Shown here in pieces: positions 9,941 to 16,762 of a DNA stretch of 16,762 nucleotides; the stretch's first letter is position 1, and each line of letters begins with the position of its first letter. Below the pieces are notes generated by a model. That model did not search any database. It was not told the origin of the DNA and saw only the letters and a list, made by a program, of their open reading frames with translations. Position numbers and translations under genes: made by a program. The stretch is taken from contig JBHGNT010000723.1 of assembly GCA_043228905.1 (NCBI GenBank), forward strand, positions 1-16,762, read 5' to 3'. This DNA comes from Azolla caroliniana (taxonomy: Eukaryota > Plantae > Polypodiophyta).

Positions 9941-10380
9941 AGCTCTGTAGACAACACACCTGTTTGATATTAGAATATTGCAAAGACAGGCCTCTCGAGT
10001 CTGTCCTTGTTTATAATAATCTCTATCACTGTGATAAACAGAACCATACGCAAGCTCTTGTAAACATGTCTAATGTAAACGTCGGCACTACATATTTTGC
10101 TTGCAAGATGTTTCATGTTTTCCCTTTGTATTATGGTGTGCCTCAGAAGCTTTGTAGACAACCCACTCCTTTGAGATTAGAATGAGTCGACCAAAATATT
10201 GCAATGCAAGGCCTCTCAAGTCTGCCGATGCTTAGGATCATATTTCTTATAGCGATTAACAGAAACATGTCCCAGCTCTAGTTGTACCCCTTAAATAATT
10301 CATGCAAAGTCTGCATCTGCTTAGGATCATATTTCTTATTGTGATCAGCAGAAACATGCACAAGCTTACATTACACCCCT
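9941..10380. repeat. degenerate tandem repeat (two copies 207 bp apart plus a partial third)
   Basis: AGCT.TGTAGACAAC.CAC at 9941 and 10148; AATATTGCAA...AGGCCTCTC.AGTCTG in both; exact 22-mer TGCTTAGGATCATATTTCTTAT at 10229 and 10318. Confidence 0.85.
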
Positions 10381-12482
10381 TCCAACTTCTAAAATACTCA
10401 AAGCACTTCTTCCAAAGGATACCCAATTTATGTCTGTCCTCTGAAGTTCTCACCATATCCTGTTTATTGCACTGTCAAGAGAACCATTTGCATGTTCTTG
10501 TAATATCTAAAGAATACACAACGCATACTGATGACTTTGCTGTACCCAAGCTGTAAGTTCTGCCAGCATTTGTCATCAGCACAAAGATGAGCATATTCAG
10601 TGACTTGTCAATATTAAGGGCACTGTCATTATTAAAACCCCAGATTTCTTGTTATCGTCAACCAGTTAAAGTTCCTCCAATACTAAGGCACTCACGCACC
10701 GTCTTATCGACATCACTGTCATACGTGTATAAGGATCTCTTACGAATTTCTCGTCACTTATTTGATGCTCACCAGAGTTACATGCCAGCAACAGAATCAT
10801 ATAATGGTTTAACATTAGTCAGGGTCCTGGATACACTATAAAGCCAGATATGATCCTATAGCACATCGTCAGTTCTACAGTACCTTTCTTCCATACAAAA
10901 TCCTCTTGGTCCTATATGTATAAGGGCTTCTTATGATTAAAATCCCAGGATGAAAAAATCCTCACAAGGCAGCAAACAAAGCAGGAATTTATTATCTGTT
11001 ATATTTAGCTTTTCCCAGTGTGAATGCTGAGAACATTTCCAACAAACCTGAGGTGATTGATTATATTAATGAAAACAATAAAGACATTAATAAATCCACC
11101 AACAAAAAATAATACAAAGATAAGAAGTCAGTTGAAACTAAAGCCACAACAGAAACTATGATACCGACAAGATGAGGAGATCAACAAGGAGCCCAATGCA
11201 TGGGTTCCATCCAAATTTAGGCATAGTTTGATATTTGAGCACCAGGAAATCTGAGTGATTTCAAAAAGAACTAACTTTTGACAGATGTGCACTGATATAT
11301 TCACTAAAATTCAAATGTTTCTTGTAAACAGAGAATCACTCATTTATGCCAACTGAACAAAACCCTACGTTGTTCCAATCACAATACCCATTAAGAGAAC
11401 TATCTTCTGGCTCTCACGGTTTTACTCCTTTACATATTCCCACATCAGACATCTTGCAGAAGCAGCTCACACAGTTCAAGACATAAAAAATACAGACCAA
11501 AAGAATACTGCAAAACAAAGATTTTTAAAAGCAGATGAACCAAACAGAAAACCCAAAAGTACATGAAGGAAGCAAAAAAGAAAATCTCATTTAACATGAT
11601 TTGCAAATTTCAGGAATGGCATATCATCATAACAAGGCAAAGCACAATATCACCACTCCAATCTCCATAAGCACCACGAGGAACATCACCGACCAACACA
11701 ACACTATAACCGGCACAGTGCATAATCTAAATTTGATTGATGATGAAACAATAAAAATAAAACCAATCCCAACCACCTCAAAACACAAATTAAAAAGAAT
11801 TATCTGCCAATTGTTTGAAGCCAAACAGTTGAACTTCCTCTGCAAATTTCAAGAATATGATCAGCACACCATCACAGCACACGATCATTAACGAGCACAG
11901 GCCAATAATCACCCTTCCCATCTCCATACTCATCATTAACTGACCAGGAACCTCAGCTATCAGCACAGCACAACACTATCCAAACCAGCACAATGCATAT
12001 AATATAATTTAGAAGAAGACAAGTATGAACAAAATGATGAAGCAAACAACACACTTGTAAACAAAAAATATACAGAGCCAATCGTGCAGCTAAAATTAGC
12101 AGAGTCTTTCGGCAGTGACATCTATAAGACTATACCTCCCAACAACTTATAGAATATCAGCAAACGAGCATCATCAGGTAAAAACAGCACTTTTGTGCCC
12201 ACCGCAATCATAATCAGCAGCAGCACTGCTACCAGCACAGCAGCCTCACTCATCACAACTCTACCACAACCCCCGTGCATGATGCAAATAAATTAGGGAG
12301 CAGCAAGTCATTTCTACAACAATTAAAACCAAACAGATTCGTTGAAGCTACAATATTGATCCAATCTGTCTCACCATAGATGGCAATGATTCTCTTTTCA
12401 CATATATCTAGGTCATACAGTTTCTAACAACTACAATAGTAATTGGACTAACCATCTAAAGGAAATTGCACATCTCATGAAC

Positions 12483-12659
12483 CTGAGAAGAAATACTCCG
12501 TTCCTGTCAATCAGCATGGAAGGATCATCAGTTTTCTGCAGTATAACTCATAAACCTATGAATCAACACCTAGATGTAGTGATTAAAACATTTATAAAAT
12601 ACAGAACTGAAGAGGAAACTCAATGCATGAATTTCGAGAGACTGGGGTAATGGGTTTAC
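12483..12659 (-). other. probable 3'UTR intron of SC35 starting immediately after the stop codon
   Basis: Minus strand TAG|GTAAAC donor directly after the stop; acceptor TATTTCTTCTCAG| ending at 12483; 177 nt, AT-rich. Confidence 0.6.
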
Positions 12660-12840
12660 CTAGTTGTCAGAGTTATGTGAGGGACTGCGGGAAGGTGCAT
12701 CAAGAGATCGACTTCTAGTACGGCTCCTAGCAGCAGCACGATCAGGGGATGAGCTTCTCTTAGGCACTGCAGCGGGACTTCGAGCCCTATCTGGAGGACT
12801 TCGTGGAGGAGATGGACTGTCATCCTTAGATGTACGACCT
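12660..12840 (-). CDS. SC35: SC35 coding exon 7 (SP-rich tail, stop TAG)
   Basis: CCTGGCAG| acceptor; (R)GRTSKDDSPSPPRSPP...SHNSDN*. Confidence 0.88.
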
Positions 12841-15543
12841 CTGCCAGGCAAACGAATTTATTAAATAGGTAAAATGGTCTTTGTTGTTTGTCAAATACAT
12901 TGGAAACAAATGCATCAAATTCATGAAATTGAAAAATTTTAAACTTTGATTCATAGTTTTTTATTTATAAAATGAATAAAATGCGAAAAAAAATACAAAT
13001 TATCTATCATGTAATTCTACAATTTGTGATGATTCTATATAATTTCCTATTACATAATGCATGAAATTCCTCAAAAATAAGGAAATATTTGTAGGGGAAT
13101 ATAATACGATAATATAAATCCTTTTCTACTAAATTCCTGCAAATTGTATATTTCCTTCCGATTTTCATATGTCACATGTGCATGATAATGAAACCCTGGC
13201 AGATTAGTAAAGAAAGACCTATCCTTGCTAATATGTTTAAACATACCTTTTACTAGCATATGGAGACTCTTCTTCTCTGTAGGATCCACGCCTCGGATGG
13301 TCATCATCTCTACGGCTGCGGATAGGGCTGCGGCTGCGGCTGCGAGCACGAACAGCACCCGGGCTTCCAGATGGGCTGCGACTGTCACTCCGACTACGGG
13401 ATCGGTTACTGCGATACTTCACTGGACTCTTACTCCTGCTCCCACTACGGCTCAAACTTCGACTGCGACTCCGTCTAGATCTCCTTGATGAATACCTATC
13501 CCCCTCACGATACCGGTCTCTTCTATATCTATCACGACTGCGACTACGACTGCGACTGCGACTGCGACTGCGACTGCGGTATCGACTGTGACGGGAGTTT
13601 TCATCCCGGTACCTGTATCAGAGTTATGCATGATGCATGTTAATAAATCAAATGAGGTGTACAGATAAAATGGAAATTGTTTGAACGTGCAATACCTGGA
13701 CTTTTTCGAATTTTTATAGGCAGCATCAGATATCCGGCCTTTCTGACTGGAAAATATAATGGAAATGCATTAACAATAATCTGAAAACAGAACTTAATAG
13801 AATGGGAATTGGTTACAATGTATAAAACAGAAACTGACATAGACACTTACATTGATTCAGCATTGGGACCATATTTCGCAAATTGCACCATAATCTCTCG
13901 ACCATCCACCATCTTGCCTACATTATTACAGTCCGAGTACTAAAAAATTTAACACTTTACAATACTAACATTGTACATCAGAGATATTAAACTCAGCCTT
14001 TATGTACCATCTAGGCGATCAACTGCCTTTTGGGCCTCTTCAACATCCCTGTACCGTACAAATGCAAAACCTCGAGATTCACCAGTCCTGGTGAAGCAAC
14101 AAACGTTAGGAGTAAACAATAAATTATTATATAGAAAGCAAAAAAACACTGCGCAGTCATGCACATATAATCATACCTTCTATCTCGGGGTATGAAGATA
14201 TCAACAACCTTTCCATACCGATCAAATAGAGGAAAAAGGTCATCTGCACTAGTTCCTGAGTAAAAAACAGAATCTCTGCATCAGCAATATCATCCCTTCA
14301 AACAGAATACCTGTAGTCTAGCATTACTGTGTAATCAACAAAATGTAAATCGTTTCTTCGTGAAAACTGTAACTAAACAATTCCAAGTCAGTGTCCAATA
14401 GACTGGAAAGATTTCAGGAACTGTCTCATTGCAAAATAACAAGAACAACCAAACACCAATATGACGATTTAAAAGAATGACGACTAAAGTTTAGGCTTTC
14501 ACTCCCCGAGTTGAAAATGATAATAATGGGAGCCTCCTTTGTGAAAATCGAATTGTATGATTCCGTCAATGACCACTGACTTATACCAAATTTTACATGA
14601 GCTAAAATAAGAATCTTTCTATCTTCCTCTCTAGAAAATTTCCCGTTTACAGTGACGAAATATAAACCATAGGATACATTTGTTAGCGTACATGTACAAA
14701 CTATAGAAACATTAGTTATTTGGTATTCTAACTTCATTTATAATCTGCAACAAACACTTAACAGCAGTTATCAAAAACCTTTAGCGTTTTCATGTGTCTA
14801 AATACACCGGGAAAATGAAGTTTTCTGATGATTGATTAGTGTTTCTGATCCGACATGTATCGAACTAAAACCATATCTACTTACAGCCTCGGTCTTTTAT
14901 TAATGTTCCAAGATGTCTTAGTGTGCTCCCGGAGAAGACAGTATTGCTTTTGTGTTTGTGCATAAGTTTTGGTAAATCTTTCTTTGTGCATTCTCTCGTT
15001 TTCTCTTTCTTCTTTCTTTTCGTAAGCTCTTTATGTATTCTAAAGGGAACTGTGTGTCTTTTACTAATTTTTAAAGACTGCTCAAAGCTACCAATAGCAA
15101 TCCCGGAGATGGAAAAACAACTAAGCGTAGAAAAAGTAGATACCTTGAACAAGTCTGCGACCAAACTAGAAAAAGATAAATTCGGAAAAAAACAGTAGAA
15201 CCCTAGAGCGCGAGAACTAAAAGAAAAATAGTAATTTTACTGTTAACAAATGAGTTCGAAACGAAACAAAGGAAATCCAAAAGTCCTTTTTGAGGCAGAA
15301 AGAAACATGGAAGGTGTTAAATCAAACAGCTGAAAATGGAATGCATCAACTTTGCATGAAAGGCCATGATCTGAAACCCTCGAGCACAAATAGAAGAAGA
15401 AGAAGACGGAAACGAAGACGAAATATGCAGAGATGGAGAGGGAGGGAGCGAAGGGACGAGGACTTACTGAAGGTAATGTTGAGGACGAGAAGGGAGTAGG
15501 TATCGCTAATATCCGGGGGACCAGCGCGGCCGAAGTGAGACAT
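12660..15543 (-). CDS. SC35: serine/arginine-rich splicing factor SC35 (SRSF2 family); 7 coding exons, 299 aa
   Basis: complement(join(12660..12840,13247..13612,13696..13746,13851..13917,14008..14087,14177..14255,15468..15543)); 900 nt, all GT-AG, phase-consistent. The N-terminus MSHFGRAGPPDISDTYSLLVLNITFRTSADDLFPLFDRYGKVVDIFIPRDRRTGESRGFAFVRY...VDGREIMVQFAKYGPNAE is the characteristic plant SC35 RRM, followed by an RS domain. Confidence 0.95.
13247..13612 (-). CDS. SC35: SC35 coding exon 6 (RS domain)
   Basis: GATACAG| acceptor; YRDENSRHSRYRSRSRSRSRSRSRSRDRYRRDR...SPYASK; donor AG|GTATGT; includes a (CGCAGT)n codon repeat. Confidence 0.92.
13696..13746 (-). CDS. SC35: SC35 coding exon 5 (51 nt)
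   Basis: TTTTCCAG| acceptor; (I)QKGRISDAAYKNSKKS; donor AG|GTATTG; supplies the KGR motif that follows YGPNAE in plant SC35. Confidence 0.82.
13851..13917 (-). CDS. SC35: SC35 coding exon 4
   Basis: GKMVDGREIMVQFAKYGPNAES; donor AT|GTAAGT. Confidence 0.93.
14008..14087 (-). CDS. SC35: SC35 coding exon 3 (RNP1)
   Basis: TGESRGFAFVRYRDVEEAQKAVDRLD; CAG| acceptor and G|GTACAT donor. Confidence 0.94.
14177..14255 (-). CDS. SC35: SC35 coding exon 2
   Basis: RTSADDLFPLFDRYGKVVDIFIPRDR; TTTTTTACTCAG| acceptor, AG|GTATGA donor. Confidence 0.94.
15468..15543 (-). CDS. SC35: SC35 coding exon 1 (RNP2)
   Basis: GCCATG start; MSHFGRAGPPDISDTYSLLVLNITF; donor CA|GTAAGT. Confidence 0.94.
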
Positions 15544-15557
15544 GGCGACGATCTGTT

Positions 15558-15561
<4 letters not shown>

Positions 15562-15603
<42 letters not shown>
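15562..15603. repeat. (CT/GA)n microsatellite, about 21 units, in the probable SC35 5'UTR
   Basis: Read directly, about 20 nt upstream of the SC35 ATG; GA tracts are BBR/BPC-type binding sites in plants. Confidence 0.93.
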
Positions 15604-15606
<3 letters not shown>

Positions 15607-15928
15607 GCGTGTCTGTCGGTTCTCTGCCCCTTTGCCTGTCGCTGAGAAAGATGAGAGCTTTACCTTGGTTAGCCTTATGAAGGCTTGGAAACGGAAACGT
15701 GTGGGCGGGTTCACACTATTCCTTATGTCCCAAACGCTCCCTTCTTGTGTGTGTCTCTCTATCTTTATCTGTGTGTGCCTTTTGTTGTGCCGCTCTAAGG
15801 CTTCTCTTCTTTTCGTACTCTCTCATCGTGTCTGGTTTTTTGGGACTCGCCATCTACGAGGCAGTTGAGACAAGCTTCGGCCGCTCCTTCACCTCGTGCT
15901 CGCCACAGTTTATCTGACTGAAAGCATG

Positions 15929-16065
15929 AAATCCAAGGTGGTGGAACACCCCCCCAAATAGAGTTAATGGATTTCAAAGTTGTTTCGAGATAGGGTGTTG
16001 TCGCATAAATCCAAGGTGGTGGAACACCCCCAAATAGAGTTAATGGATTTCACAGTTGTTTCGAG
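15929..16065. repeat. two-copy tandem duplication of about 60 bp (period 78)
   Basis: AAATCCAAGGTGGTGGAACA(C7/C5)AAATAGAGTTAATGGATTTCA.AGTTGTTTCGAG at 15929 and 16007. Confidence 0.93.
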
Positions 16066-16762
16066 GTATGTTAAATTTCATGAACTTGTATATATGATTG
16101 ATAAATAACGTGTGTCATTGGAGCCTTTGTCGGGTTTGTGATATCAAAGTTTTCTCAAACTCTTTCTGAAAAGAAAGCTACGTGAGGCCTTCAATGATCA
16201 TTGGTGTATTGCAGTTGGGGATGTCTCATATAACATTATTGTCAGTCGTGTTAAACAATGGAATTGGACTATCAACGATTTAAAAATGTAGATGTAAAAA
16301 TTATATAAATTGCAAACGTGTTTTCAAATAATATCATGAGCATATAACACGAATCAAGATCGAGAAATAACTTAGGATCGATGAAGTTAGACCATTGTCT
16401 CTATCCTTTGTAATATTTAACTCGTGACCTTTTATGTCCCAATTCAATTGCAAAAGTTACTTACACTAGAACTTTGTCTCTATTTTATCCATATGCACAA
16501 ACCTTGTTGCTCATCACCACATCTTGCCCCCTTGAAGATGACAAAAACATTGTTGTGATGACACCTTATAGTATGTTAACATATCACTTTCATTGATACC
16601 ATTACAAATCACGTGGCCTCATGAAGCCTGCATACAAGCACCTTGTTATCCTTTTGGTGACATCATCCTCCCTATTTGTGCCTTTATACTCGTAAGCATC
16701 ATGACCACTACTACCTTGCTATCCAATTATTAAAGGGCAAGCCAAAAACGCAACAAAAAGTT

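Noticed and set aside
8731-10380. CRISPR-like repeat-spacer array
   Set aside because: Eukaryotic context; the repeats are long and diverged, with homologous rather than unique spacers.
10589-10770. miRNA-like hairpin (GAGCAT..AGTGAC / GTCACT..ATGCTC)
   Set aside because: Only two 6-bp blocks pair and the interior pairs poorly; no known miRNA recognised.
12664-13488. Plus-strand Ala/Thr/Leu-rich ORFs (66 and 87 aa) and the alternate-frame 105-aa minus ORF
   Set aside because: Shadows of the repetitive RS-domain codons of SC35.
1343-15543. DYW + METAXIN + SC35 as a functional gene cluster
   Set aside because: They probably act in three different compartments (plastid, mitochondrial outer membrane, nucleus); adjacency in a eukaryotic genome is not evidence of shared function.
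15642-15663. 5'UTR intron in SC35 (AAG|GTAAAG...TTTCTCAG|)
   Set aside because: Only about 22 nt, too short for a plant spliceosomal intron.

Overview
Land-plant nuclear genomic DNA (AT-rich, GT-AG introns); the species cannot be determined from the sequence. It holds three protein-coding genes. (1) An intronless + strand ORF (1343-2656, 437 aa) has a probable plastid transit peptide, an unrecognised middle region with a three-copy helical motif, a Pro-rich linker, and a complete DYW (PG-type) cytidine-deaminase domain, but no recognisable PPR array. (2) A 6-exon + strand METAXIN gene (5486-8697, about 338 aa). (3) A convergent - strand SC35/SRSF2-type splicing factor with 7 coding exons (15543-12660, 299 aa) and probable 3'UTR introns. 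The intergenic DNA contains microsatellites, two degenerate tandem-repeat blocks, a GTGCTG-rich tract downstream of SC35 and a structured 78-bp duplication upstream of SC35. The most unusual element is the PPR-less DYW deaminase. Exon boundaries were read manually and checked for phase, but have no transcript support.
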